Positions 39,586 through 49,407 of a stretch of DNA of 64,000 bases are shown here, in pieces; position 1 is the first letter of the stretch, and each line of letters opens with the position of its first letter. Location of the stretch: positions 18,724-82,723 of the IMG/VR virus record IMGVR_UViG_3300037067_024509; one strand, given 5' to 3'. A program made the position numbers and the translations under genes. The stretch is from a virus (lineage: Duplodnaviria > Caudoviricetes). The notes under the pieces are model-generated. The model searched no databases, was not told where the DNA came from, and saw nothing but the letters and a program-made list of their open reading frames with translations.

Positions 39586-42516
39586 ATGGCCACTTTCCTT
39601 TCGCCGGCAATTTTTGTAAACGAAATCAATCTTTCTGCTTTGCCAGCGGGTTCTTCTGGAATAATTCCTGCTTTTATTGGTACTGCTAAAAAAGGATTAC
39701 TTAATAGAGTTTATACTATAACTAATGCTCAGCAATTTGTTGATGCTTTTGGTGAGCCATTTGCTGAAAGCTTCCTTGGTTATGCAGTTCTTGCTTATAT
39801 GGAAGAGGGTAATCTTGCTTATGTTATGAGAGTTGGTGTTGAATGTGAACCTGATCAGCCAGTTGAACTTTCAAGTATTTGTGTTGATACATCTGGCAAT
39901 AAAGAAAGTGGATGGGGCCGTATTCCACTTTTCAGTGGTATAGATTTTGGTAGAATTACTACACGTGTTGCTGGTGATAATGGTTGGTCATTCCATGATG
40001 CTTCATCTACATTCGTTGAATTCAATGATGCATTAGTTGATGTTGGTACTGCAGGACCTACTTCTGCTTCGTTAACATTTACCGGAACTGATTATGTTGG
40101 TTCAATAAGTGATAGTTTCATTCTTTTAATAACTGGTAAGCCAACCACAACTGGTGGTCCTCCTATGAATGGAGCTACCTATAGTGTTATAAGATCATCT
40201 GATGGCGCTGTAGTTGGTACTGGCGTAATTCAGGAGAGTTCAACTCCTGGAACCAGTGAAGATATTACTTTAACTGATGGTATAGTTATTCAAATAGTTA
40301 TGGGATCTGGTGGTGCTGAACAAACTCTTGATGTAAATGATTCGTTCAGATTCTCGGTTGAGCCTAATAACCGTAATTTCTGTTTCAGAATTGATAATGA
40401 AGATGTTTCTAATGTTAATATTTATACAATGCCAATAGCTGATTATGCTACTGCTGAAGATTTTGCTAATGCAGTAAATGCTATTTCTGGTATGTCATCA
40501 GAAAGTTATTCTGCTGTAGCAAATGATGACGATACTGTTACTTTCATGAGTAAAATTGCTGGTGAAATGATCCAGCTTTGGAATTATGAGGATGGTACTG
40601 GTACTACGACTGTTCCGCAATATCCTGCTGAAGCATTTGCTATTGAAATAGGTCAAAGTCTTTATGCGTTCGATATTCCTCGTTCCAATTTGATTGGACT
40701 TGAAACTGGTACATTTGATGTCTCAAGTATCAATAATATTGTCACGATTGAGATGAATGATGTTAATATTACTCAGTTCACTGCTACATTACCTGTTGGT
40801 ATTGATCTTACTGCTTCAACAATTGCATCGTCAATAAATGCTGCTGCTACTGTACTTGGAGATACTTTAGTAAGGTCATTTGCTCTTGCTATTCCTGGTG
40901 GTGAACAAGTAGTTGTAATAGAATCAACTGATGTTCATAAGCTTGGCACTGTCAAGATGGTTGCCAATAGTTCGCATCCTAAGACGATGAAATTTGCTGA
41001 GACTGTTGGTATTGCATATCCATACACTGAATCATATCGTGGATATCGTGACCTGCGTACTGCTCTTCCTGTTGGTGGTGAAATAGATTCACAGATACCT
41101 CTGTCGTGCGAACAGTATGCTGGTGGTGATGTAACAAAAGCTGCTCAGTGTGCACTTGATAGTAGCTATTACCAAAATATAGTTGGTTGGTTTGTTGCTA
41201 CATCACCTGGAACATGGGTTGATGGATATAAACTTGGAATAGATATTTATAAAGGATCAAATGTTCCAGCTAATCGTTTTGAAGTTACATTATATGATAC
41301 CAATGGTATTGTACTGACAAGAATACAGGATGTATCATTTGATAAGAATGATACTAACTACATTGGTACTCTTATCAATCCTACTACTAATCCTAGTAGT
41401 AGTTCAACAAATATCAATGGAAATGAATATCTGAACTGGATTGAACGTCCTTCATATTTGAATAATGATTTGAATGATCTTAACACATATGAAGTTCGTC
41501 AGCCATCACAATTTGCATCTCGTGAATTTGATGGGCAGGCTAATGGTATTCCTGCTGATCCAATATATTCAACTGAACTTGATCGGGCAATAATTGGTAA
41601 TCCTGCCGATTATACTGGTATTTATAAGTTCTCAAATCCTGAGACTTGGGATATTTCATTATTGATTACTCCTGGATTCAGCAGCGGTGCTGTTATTACT
41701 ACTGCTTTGTCAGTTTGTACTCAACGTGGTGATTGCTTCTACATAGTTGATCCTCCGTTTGGACTTACTGCTCAACAGGTTGTTGATTGGCATAATGGTC
41801 TTCTCTTTAGTGATTTGAGTGTGGCTCTTGATAGCAGCTATGGTGGTTTGTACCATCCTTGGGTACAGGTCTTTGATCAGTATAATGGTGGGAATATTTG
41901 GATTCCGCCTTCGGGCCATGTTGCTTCGGTCTTTGCTCGTACTGATCGTGTATCTGAAATGTGGTTTGCTCCTGCTGGTCTGAATCGTGGTCAGTTCATG
42001 ACTGCACTTGATGTCGAGACTGAGCATACACGTGGTCAACGTGATTTGATGTATGGTTATGGTAATGCTGTTAACCCAATTATTAAATATCCTGAACGTG
42101 GAATTTACATTTGGGGTCAGAGAACATTACAGCGTGCGAATACTGCTCTTGATCGTATAAATGTTCGTATGCTCTTGATTGCTATCAAGAAAGCTCTTGC
42201 TGGTACTCAGGGCTTGCTCAATGATTATCTCTTTGAGCAAAACGATGCGATAACTCGTCAGCTTGTTAAGAGCGCTATTGATAATTATATGTCAGATGTT
42301 GCTGCTCGTCGTGGTATTACTGCTTGGAGTACCATATGTGATGAGTCAAATAACACTGCTATAAGAATTGATAGAAATGAATTATGGGTTGCAGTCCTCA
42401 TTAAGCCAACACGTACTATTGAGTTCGTATGCTTAAATCTTGGCTTACTCCGTAGTGACCAGAGCTTTGTTTCGGAAGAAGTGCTTGCTGCTGTTGGTGT
42501 GACCACGGCTGCCTAA
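39586..42516 (+). CDS. Contractile tail sheath protein (gp18-like)
   Basis: FLSPAIFVNE, IPPSGHVA, WFAPAG.NRG, VNPI, WGQRTL, RINVRML. Confidence 0.95.
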   Translation: MATFLSPAIFVNEINLSALPAGSSGIIPAFIGTAKKGLLNRVYTITNAQQFVDAFGEPFAESFLGYAVLAYMEEGNLAYVMRVGVECEPDQPVELSSICVDTSGNKESGWGRIPLFSGIDFGRITTRVAGDNGWSFHDASSTFVEFNDALVDVGTAGPTSASLTFTGTDYVGSISDSFILLITGKPTTTGGPPMNGATYSVIRSSDGAVVGTGVIQESSTPGTSEDITLTDGIVIQIVMGSGGAEQTLDVNDSFRFSVEPNNRNFCFRIDNEDVSNVNIYTMPIADYATAEDFANAVNAISGMSSESYSAVANDDDTVTFMSKIAGEMIQLWNYEDGTGTTTVPQYPAEAFAIEIGQSLYAFDIPRSNLIGLETGTFDVSSINNIVTIEMNDVNITQFTATLPVGIDLTASTIASSINAAATVLGDTLVRSFALAIPGGEQVVVIESTDVHKLGTVKMVANSSHPKTMKFAETVGIAYPYTESYRGYRDLRTALPVGGEIDSQIPLSCEQYAGGDVTKAAQCALDSSYYQNIVGWFVATSPGTWVDGYKLGIDIYKGSNVPANRFEVTLYDTNGIVLTRIQDVSFDKNDTNYIGTLINPTTNPSSSSTNINGNEYLNWIERPSYLNNDLNDLNTYEVRQPSQFASREFDGQANGIPADPIYSTELDRAIIGNPADYTGIYKFSNPETWDISLLITPGFSSGAVITTALSVCTQRGDCFYIVDPPFGLTAQQVVDWHNGLLFSDLSVALDSSYGGLYHPWVQVFDQYNGGNIWIPPSGHVASVFARTDRVSEMWFAPAGLNRGQFMTALDVETEHTRGQRDLMYGYGNAVNPIIKYPERGIYIWGQRTLQRANTALDRINVRMLLIAIKKALAGTQGLLNDYLFEQNDAITRQLVKSAIDNYMSDVAARRGITAWSTICDESNNTAIRIDRNELWVAVLIKPTRTIEFVCLNLGLLRSDQSFVSEEVLAAVGVTTAA

Positions 42517-42543
42517 ACTCAAATTTAAAACGGAGAAATAAAC

Positions 42544-43047
42544 ATGCCCGGATTTAAGATTAATAATGGTGGCGGTGATGCTGATGCTAAGGTTGAATCA
42601 AACCGTAAGCATCGTTGGAAGTTTAGTTTGGAATCTATTCAGCAAGAATGTGTTTATTTAGCTAGTGCTCAACGTCCGCATTTTATTGCTGATGAAGTTA
42701 TAATGCACCATGACCAGGAACAGGTATATTTTGCTGGTAAGCATCATTGGGATCCAATAACATTGGTATTCTATGATGTGTACGGTGGTAATGCGGATAC
42801 TAGTAGTAAAATATGGAATTGGATTAATGAATGTATTAAAATTAATGAAGCATCAGCTAATACTCCTAGTTCCTATAAGAAAAATGCTGATCTTCAAATG
42901 ACAAATGCTGCTGGCGCTGTTAGAGAAACATGGAAGATATATAATACTTGGGCAATAGACGCAAATTTCAATGATCTTGATTATAGCGTTAGTGAAATTG
43001 CAACTATTGACGTTAGTATGAAATATGATAGAGCTAGTAGACAGTAA
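42544..43047 (+). CDS. Tail tube protein (gp19-like)
   Basis: RKHRW, YFAGK..WDPITL.FYD, W...N...DLDYS...MKYDRA. Confidence 0.9.
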   Translation: MPGFKINNGGGDADAKVESNRKHRWKFSLESIQQECVYLASAQRPHFIADEVIMHHDQEQVYFAGKHHWDPITLVFYDVYGGNADTSSKIWNWINECIKINEASANTPSSYKKNADLQMTNAAGAVRETWKIYNTWAIDANFNDLDYSVSEIATIDVSMKYDRASRQ

Positions 43048-43063
43048 TATAATTAAAATCGTT

Positions 43064-43104
43064 TTTGTCCCAGGAGTATTTAACTCCTGGGACAAATTGT
43101 TTTT
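43064..43104 (+). terminator. 14-bp hairpin after the tube gene (terminator, possibly also a translational control hairpin)
   Basis: TTTGTCCCAGGAGT-attta-ACTCCTGGGACAAA then TTGTTTTT. Confidence 0.8.
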
Positions 43105-44673
43105 ATGATAGACTGGCAAAAGACTAATGAATTATTTGGAATATTAGAAAATACAGTAACTTCAAAAGATAAAATAGTTGTAATTTGTAATAGTTGTAAA
43201 TCAATACGTAATATATCATATATTACATATAAAAATCAAATAAGATTAACTGGTAGTGATGATTGTCAATCATGTAAAGGTAAGGCTAATAGAATAAAAT
43301 ATTCAGATTCATATAAATTAAGTGATGAAAATAGGTCAAAATCATTATCATTAACAATGAAGAAAAAATGGGAAAATGAACAATATAAAAATGAACAAAT
43401 AAATATATTTAATTCTGACATTAATAAAGAAAAATTGTCGAATGCATTAAAGGATAAATGGAAAGATGAAAATTATAAAAATAAAATAATTTCATCTATT
43501 AGATATAATTGGAATGATGAAGAATATAAAAATAAAATGAAGATTATACATGATAGTAAAGAGTTTAAGGTAAAATCAAAACCAAAATTGTCAAAAGAAC
43601 AGTTATTAAAATTAAAAAATGGTGTAAAAGAAAAATGGAAAGATAAAGATTATAAAAATATTCAATCATTATCTAGAATAGGTAAAATTACTAGTGATAA
43701 AACTAAAAAGAAATTACATGATATAATGTTATCAAAATGGCAAGAACATGAATATAAAACAAATGTTTGTATTGGAAGAGAAAAAATTAAAGGTAATGAA
43801 TCATCAATAGAAATTATTTTATATAGTATATTGGATGATCTTGGATTAAAATATATTAAGCAATTTAGAATTGGTTTTTATTTATTTGATTGTTTTTTAC
43901 CTGATTATAATATTTTAATTGAATGTAATGGTGACTATTGGCATTCATTAAATAAAGCGATTAAAAATGATAAAACTAAATCTTCATATATTATTAATAA
44001 TTTTCCGCAATATAAATTATACACAATATGGGAACATGAATTTAAATGTAAGGATAAAATAATTGAATTAATTAAATATTGGACTGGTGTTAATATTGAT
44101 TTGATTGATTTTGAATTTAATAATTTAATTATTAAAGATATTAGTTTGAAGGACGCTAAATTATTTGTTGATAAATATCATTACTCTGGAACTATTGGCA
44201 ATACTGTATATAGGTTTGGTTGCTATCTTGGCAATGAATTGATAGCTTTGTGTAATTTTGGTAATACTACTAGAAATGAATCTGCTACTAGATTAAATAT
44301 TAAGTTTTGTGAACTTCTTGAATTGACTAGATTTTGTATTCACCCAAAATATCAAAAGAAGAATTTTGCATCATGGTTTATTAGTAGATGTATTAATGAT
44401 ATTAAACATTTAAATAAATATAAATGTTTAATATCATTTGCTGATAATACCTATAATCATGATGGTATTATTTATAAAGCATCAAATTGGAAAATAGATG
44501 GTATTGTTGATCCTTCTTACTGGTATGTTGATACTAATGGTTATGTCATGCATAAGAAAACTTTATGGAATCATGCAACTCAGATGAAAATGTCCGAGAA
44601 TGAATTTGCAAATAAATATGGATATATTAAAGTTATTGGTAAGGAGAAAATTAGATATATTTATTGGTTATAA
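43105..44673 (+). CDS. Free-standing endonuclease C: Zn ribbon + basic helical repeats + Vsr/DUF559-like nuclease + Mom-like GNAT domain
   Basis: SSIE...QFRIG.YLFD...IECNGDYWH; YHYSG, ELTRF, ISFAD...HDGIIYKASNW. Confidence 0.8.
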   Translation: MIDWQKTNELFGILENTVTSKDKIVVICNSCKSIRNISYITYKNQIRLTGSDDCQSCKGKANRIKYSDSYKLSDENRSKSLSLTMKKKWENEQYKNEQINIFNSDINKEKLSNALKDKWKDENYKNKIISSIRYNWNDEEYKNKMKIIHDSKEFKVKSKPKLSKEQLLKLKNGVKEKWKDKDYKNIQSLSRIGKITSDKTKKKLHDIMLSKWQEHEYKTNVCIGREKIKGNESSIEIILYSILDDLGLKYIKQFRIGFYLFDCFLPDYNILIECNGDYWHSLNKAIKNDKTKSSYIINNFPQYKLYTIWEHEFKCKDKIIELIKYWTGVNIDLIDFEFNNLIIKDISLKDAKLFVDKYHYSGTIGNTVYRFGCYLGNELIALCNFGNTTRNESATRLNIKFCELLELTRFCIHPKYQKKNFASWFISRCINDIKHLNKYKCLISFADNTYNHDGIIYKASNWKIDGIVDPSYWYVDTNGYVMHKKTLWNHATQMKMSENEFANKYGYIKVIGKEKIRYIYWL

Positions 44674-44719
44674 TTTTATATTGTGTTTTATAAGTAATTA
44701 TGTAACAAGGATATAAACA

Positions 44720-45652
44720 ATGGCCGACAAAGATAGTCTTCCTGAGGCTGTGAAAGAAAATGTTGCTAGAGTATTTTCAAATAAGGAATCTGACGCTTTA
44801 GATAATATTCTGAGCCAAGAAGATGATTATTTCATGCCATGGGAGGATGTCGTTCTTCCTAGTAAGGGTGTTTATTATGATAATTTAATGCCTGATGGTA
44901 TTATTAAAGTTAAACCTATGGGCATAGATGTCGATAAGATGATGGCTAATCAGAGAATAGTTGCTAGTGGTGAATTATTGAATAAGATTATTGAAGCATG
45001 CGTTAAACTTCCTGATGGAATGACTGTTAATGATTTACTGGCAGGTGATCAATATTTCTTATTATACTATTTAAGAGGTATTACACATGGTAATGATTAT
45101 GAATTCGTAAGTGATTGTCCATCGTGTGGTACTAAGAGCACATACGACTATAATCTTTCTGATTTGTCTAAGACTATAAAAGGTCCAAATCCAGATTATC
45201 CAGTTGAGCCTATGGAAGTTGAATTACCATATATTAGTGAGAAAACTAAGAGTTCTGTTTCAGCAATGGTTAGGCTTTTACGTGTTAAAGATATGAGGGA
45301 CATGGTTAGAGGAAATGTTGTTATTGATCCTATTAAAAAAGGTAAAGCTAGATCGCGTGGTCAATCAAATGGTATTTCTAAGCAGAGTGCTGATGATATT
45401 TATACTAAGAATATTACAACTGCTGTTATTGGATTTAAAGTTGACGGTAAAGTATTTAGCGATGATAGAAAGGATAAATTAATTGAAAAGTTGCATCAGA
45501 AAGATACTGTTACTATTCGTGAATTCATTGATTCAATAACTCCTGGAATTGATACTTCTGTAGATGTAACATGTCAAAATAATGAATGTAATCGGGACTA
45601 CTCTATAAGCCTCCCCTTTGGGGAAAACTTTTTTCGTCCATCTAAGAAGTGA
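44720..45652 (+). CDS. Baseplate hub/tail assembly chaperone (gp26-like)
   Basis: LPSKGVYY, VKPM, GDQYFLLYYLRGIT.G..Y, CPSC, PGID...C...C. Confidence 0.8.
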   Translation: MADKDSLPEAVKENVARVFSNKESDALDNILSQEDDYFMPWEDVVLPSKGVYYDNLMPDGIIKVKPMGIDVDKMMANQRIVASGELLNKIIEACVKLPDGMTVNDLLAGDQYFLLYYLRGITHGNDYEFVSDCPSCGTKSTYDYNLSDLSKTIKGPNPDYPVEPMEVELPYISEKTKSSVSAMVRLLRVKDMRDMVRGNVVIDPIKKGKARSRGQSNGISKQSADDIYTKNITTAVIGFKVDGKVFSDDRKDKLIEKLHQKDTVTIREFIDSITPGIDTSVDVTCQNNECNRDYSISLPFGENFFRPSKK

Positions 45653-45854
45653 ATCCCTAGAGTCACAGTATTGGGCGATATGGGAGCATATATTTATACT
45701 TAAGGAATATTGTGACTTTAGTTTACAAGAATTAAAATTAATGACTGGTGAAGAAAGAACGTGGTATATTGAGAGATATAATAAGGAGCAAGAAAAGAGA
45801 CAGGCAGAGGAAAAGAAGGCTTATAGAAGATCTTCACCTAATGTTAGACGATAA
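45618..45854 (+). CDS. gp51-like small chaperone ORF, probably reached by frameshift
   Basis: SLESQY...F.L...FSLQEL..M...ERTWY; no in-frame ATG/GTG or SD before the conserved part. Confidence 0.7.
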   Translation: MGKTFFVHLRSESLESQYWAIWEHIFILKEYCDFSLQELKLMTGEERTWYIERYNKEQEKRQAEEKKAYRRSSPNVRR

Positions 45855-47857
45855 TGAATATATTAGAATTTATTGATAAGGCTAATTATATTCATAATAA
45901 TAAATATAATTATTCAATAGTTAACTATATAAATAATAAAATTAAAGTTAAAATTATTTGTAAAATTCATGGTGAATTTGAGCAGACACCAAATAGTCAT
46001 CTTTGTGGTAGTGGTTGTCCAAAATGCTACATTAATAATATGATGTTATCACAACAAGAATTTATTGATAAAGCTATAAAGGTTCATGGTAATAAATATA
46101 ATTATTCTAAAGTTGATTATAATGGTAGTCATAATAAAGTTAAAATTATTTGTCCAATTCATGGAGAATTTGAACAAATTCCTACTGGTCATCTTTGTGG
46201 TAAAGGGTGTCAAAAATGTAAGATTGATAAGATAACATTGTCACAACAAGAATTTATTGATAAAGCTATAAAGGTTCATGGTGATAAATATGATTATTCT
46301 AAAGCTAATTATAAATGTAGTGATTATAAAGTTAAAATTATTTGTAAAATTCATGGTGAATTTGAGCAGACGCCAAATAGTCATCTTCGTGGTAAAGGAT
46401 GTCCAAAATGTGGTATTGAAAAATTATCTTCAACTGGACAAAGATTTATTGATAGGGCCAAAAAAGTTCATGGTGATAAGTACGATTATTCTAAAGTTAA
46501 TTATACTCGTCATCATAATAAAGTTAAAATTATTTGTCCGATTCATGGAGAATTTGAACAGACACCATTTGGTCATTTAAATGGTCAGGGATGTAAAAAA
46601 TGTGCTATTGATAATATGATATTATCGGAACAAGAATTTATTGATAAAGCTAAGAAAGTTCATGGTGATAAATATAATTATTCTAAAGTTAATTGTAAAT
46701 ATGTTCATAATAAAGTTAAAATTATTTGTCCAATTCATGGAGAATTTGAACAAAGAACATCTAGCCATTTAGATGGCAGTGGATGTAAAAAGTGTGCTAT
46801 TGAAAAATCTTCTTTATCAAAACAAGAATTTATTGATAGGGTTATAAAGATTCATGATAATAAATATGACTATTCAAAAGCTAATTATATTGGTTGTCAT
46901 AACAAGATTAAAATTGTATGTCCTGTTCATGGAGAATTTGAACAAATAGCTGGCTATCATTTAATTGGTCGTGGTTGTAAAAAATGTGGTAATGAAGTTA
47001 CTATTTCTAAATCACATCAAGAAATAATTGATTTTATTAAAGAAGATAAAAATATAAATGATCGAGAAATTATAAAGCCATATGAATTAGATATTTTTAT
47101 TCCTTCTAAAAATATCGCAATTGAATTTAACGGTGTATACTGGCATAGTTATGGTGAATTGGAAACTAAAAAAGAACGTTATAAACATTATGATAAAACA
47201 TCTACCTGTTTTGATAAAGGAATTAAATTAATTCAAATTTTTGAAGATGAGTGGATTAACAAAAAAGATATTATTAAATCTATTATTAATTCTAAATTAG
47301 GAATTAATAATAGATTATTTGCTCGTGAATGTGAAATTAAAGAATTAAATAATAAAGAATTTAATATTTTTTGTAATAATAATCATATTCAGGGCAAATT
47401 AAACTCAATAATTAAATTAGGATTAATTTATAACAATAAAATAGTTTGTATAATGGGTTTTAATAGGCATAAAAAATATAGTTATGAATGTACTAGATTT
47501 TGTAATATGTTAAATATTAATGTAATTGGTGGTGCGAGCAAATTATTTAAATATTTTATTAATAAATATAAACCAAATTCTGTTTTGTCTTATGCAGATA
47601 GAAGATATAGTAATGGTAATTTATATGAAAAACTTGGATTTAAATTGGCTGGAATTACTAATCCAGGCTATTTTTATATTAAAGGTATATGTAAATATTC
47701 ACGTAAACAATTTCAAAAATATAAATTAAAAAAGAAATTAGACAATTTTAATAATGATTTGTCAGAAGCACAGAATATGTTTAATAATGGTTATCGTAGA
47801 TTATGGGATGCTGGACATTGGAAATTTGTTTATAATTTTGGAAAATATATTATATGA
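45854..47857 (+). CDS. Free-standing endonuclease D: 6 Zn-finger repeats + PD-(D/E)xK nuclease + GNAT-like domain
   Basis: Six CxxHGEFEQ...GCxKC units; YELDIFIP...[10 protein letters not shown]; RRLWDAGHW. Confidence 0.82.
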   Translation: MNILEFIDKANYIHNNKYNYSIVNYINNKIKVKIICKIHGEFEQTPNSHLCGSGCPKCYINNMMLSQQEFIDKAIKVHGNKYNYSKVDYNGSHNKVKIICPIHGEFEQIPTGHLCGKGCQKCKIDKITLSQQEFIDKAIKVHGDKYDYSKANYKCSDYKVKIICKIHGEFEQTPNSHLRGKGCPKCGIEKLSSTGQRFIDRAKKVHGDKYDYSKVNYTRHHNKVKIICPIHGEFEQTPFGHLNGQGCKKCAIDNMILSEQEFIDKAKKVHGDKYNYSKVNCKYVHNKVKIICPIHGEFEQRTSSHLDGSGCKKCAIEKSSLSKQEFIDRVIKIHDNKYDYSKANYIGCHNKIKIVCPVHGEFEQIAGYHLIGRGCKKCGNEVTISKSHQEIIDFIKEDKNINDREIIKPYELDIFIPSKNIAIEFNGVYWHSYGELETKKERYKHYDKTSTCFDKGIKLIQIFEDEWINKKDIIKSIINSKLGINNRLFARECEIKELNNKEFNIFCNNNHIQGKLNSIIKLGLIYNNKIVCIMGFNRHKKYSYECTRFCNMLNINVIGGASKLFKYFINKYKPNSVLSYADRRYSNGNLYEKLGFKLAGITNPGYFYIKGICKYSRKQFQKYKLKKKLDNFNNDLSEAQNMFNNGYRRLWDAGHWKFVYNFGKYII

Positions 47858-48687
47858 GTGATAGATTAAGTGCTGCTGCTGGTGGAGTTGTTGCTTTAAA
47901 TGCTGCATTTTTAAAAAATGGTATTCCATCAGATCCATATGCTATACGTGCAGTAAGAATATATCGTCAATCTGTACGTGAAGAAAATAAAGTAATGGAA
48001 ATTTTGTTACCATATCCAGATTCGACAGATTATCAATCAGTATTTAATTCTCTTTTTCAAAGAGTACCTTCAACACCAGATTTAACTGGTGTATGTGGGA
48101 CAGAAACCCCTCCAGTATACATTCCAGGATCATATATATTAAATTTAGAATTGCCTTGTAGTTTAAGCCCTGGTGTTTACTTTGATGTTTGGTGTTTTAT
48201 TGGCGATTTAGCATGTTATCCAAACCCAAGTGATATTAATTGGGATGATGAATCATTATGGACATGTCAATGTAACAAATTTTATGTTGGAAGTGAAAAT
48301 GGTTGGACTATTGATGATAATTTAACTAATATTAGACTTGGATTTGAACCTCTTGATTCTAAATTTTTACAGCCAGAGAAGAGATCATTAGAAATAGGTA
48401 TGATGCCATTACCCTTGTATGACTATGACTACAAAAAAATGCAGGCGATATTACCTACGTTAAGAGCTACTATTTCAATAGAGACTCAGAATTGTGAAAC
48501 AATAATTAATGATGTTCCAATGAGTATTGGACTTAGATCTGGATCGTATAGATCTAATCCATATGTTTTAAAATATCTTGTTGATACTACTAAATTTTTA
48601 AAGGGAACATATAAGTATAAAGTGGTTGTTTCTCTTCCAAATGGTGAGACTAGATCATCTGATTATTTTTATCTTACGGTGCGTTAA
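47854..48687 (+). CDS. Hypothetical, probably virion structural protein
   Basis: 277-aa beta-rich ORF in the late region. Confidence 0.6.
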   Translation: MSDRLSAAAGGVVALNAAFLKNGIPSDPYAIRAVRIYRQSVREENKVMEILLPYPDSTDYQSVFNSLFQRVPSTPDLTGVCGTETPPVYIPGSYILNLELPCSLSPGVYFDVWCFIGDLACYPNPSDINWDDESLWTCQCNKFYVGSENGWTIDDNLTNIRLGFEPLDSKFLQPEKRSLEIGMMPLPLYDYDYKKMQAILPTLRATISIETQNCETIINDVPMSIGLRSGSYRSNPYVLKYLVDTTKFLKGTYKYKVVVSLPNGETRSSDYFYLTVR

Positions 48688-49121
48688 TGAAAGTATTAAA
48701 TGAAAGTGGATTGGTTAAGTTAAATAATTATATAAGTCTTGAATATGGTGATTCATTTGCATTAATGAATAAAGATGGTAAAAGTATATTGCATGGTGAA
48801 AAATCAGAAAAAATTTTTGAAGATCTTAAGTTATATGGTATAATTTTTGAATCAATTGGAGATAGAGAATATGTTGTTAAAACTATTTCAGAGGAAGATG
48901 AACAATTAGATGATAAAAGTGAAATTAAAAATAGATCTACTGATTATGATGATGAAAAAAGAATAAAAGAAACTGTAACTAAAATGTTACCATTTTTGTC
49001 GCAACATTTTGCTACAAAAGAGGAAATTAATAACGCTTTAAATGAGTTACGTTCGCAGTTGATTGATCCAAAGAAATTAACTGAATTATTTGATGATATG
49101 GCTAAGAAAGTTAATAAATGA
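48687..49121 (+). CDS. Hypothetical protein
   Basis: 144-aa ORF. Confidence 0.6.
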   Translation: MKVLNESGLVKLNNYISLEYGDSFALMNKDGKSILHGEKSEKIFEDLKLYGIIFESIGDREYVVKTISEEDEQLDDKSEIKNRSTDYDDEKRIKETVTKMLPFLSQHFATKEEINNALNELRSQLIDPKKLTELFDDMAKKVNK

Positions 49122-49369
49122 AGCTCAAAGATTTGAATGTTAATAATATAACATTAGGGTTGAAAAAGACTGATCCTAATTTTAGGGTTCCAACTTCTAA
49201 TACATTAGTTGTACCAAACAAAGAGGGCGATAAAGAATCTTCTGATGTATCAACTTCTGATGAAGCGTTGAGATCTAAAGATATAATAGATACACAAACT
49301 ATAAGTGCACCTAGTAGAAACACTCCTGATATTAGAAGACCTCCTCAAATTTATAATATTCCTGCATAA
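49118..49369 (+). CDS. Small hypothetical protein
   Basis: 83-aa ORF. Confidence 0.5.
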   Translation: MKLKDLNVNNITLGLKKTDPNFRVPTSNTLVVPNKEGDKESSDVSTSDEALRSKDIIDTQTISAPSRNTPDIRRPPQIYNIPA

Positions 49370-49407
49370 TTTTATGCATCAAATTTAAAGAAAATACGGA
49401 GATTAAT

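Noticed and set aside
45620-45628. GGGGAAAAC as a lambda-type -1 slippery site
   Set aside because: It is not phased as X_XXY_YYZ in the upstream frame, and the downstream ORF is in the +1 frame, not -1
45854-46990. Diversity-generating retroelement behind the repeat variability
   Set aside because: No reverse transcriptase or non-coding template repeat in the window, and differences are not confined to adenines
34188-47794. 21-bp identity AATATGTTTAATAATGGTTAT at the 3' ends of endonucleases A, B and D as a mobile-element end
   Set aside because: It is explained by the conserved peptide NMFNNGY written with the default AT-rich codons; no flanking target duplication was seen
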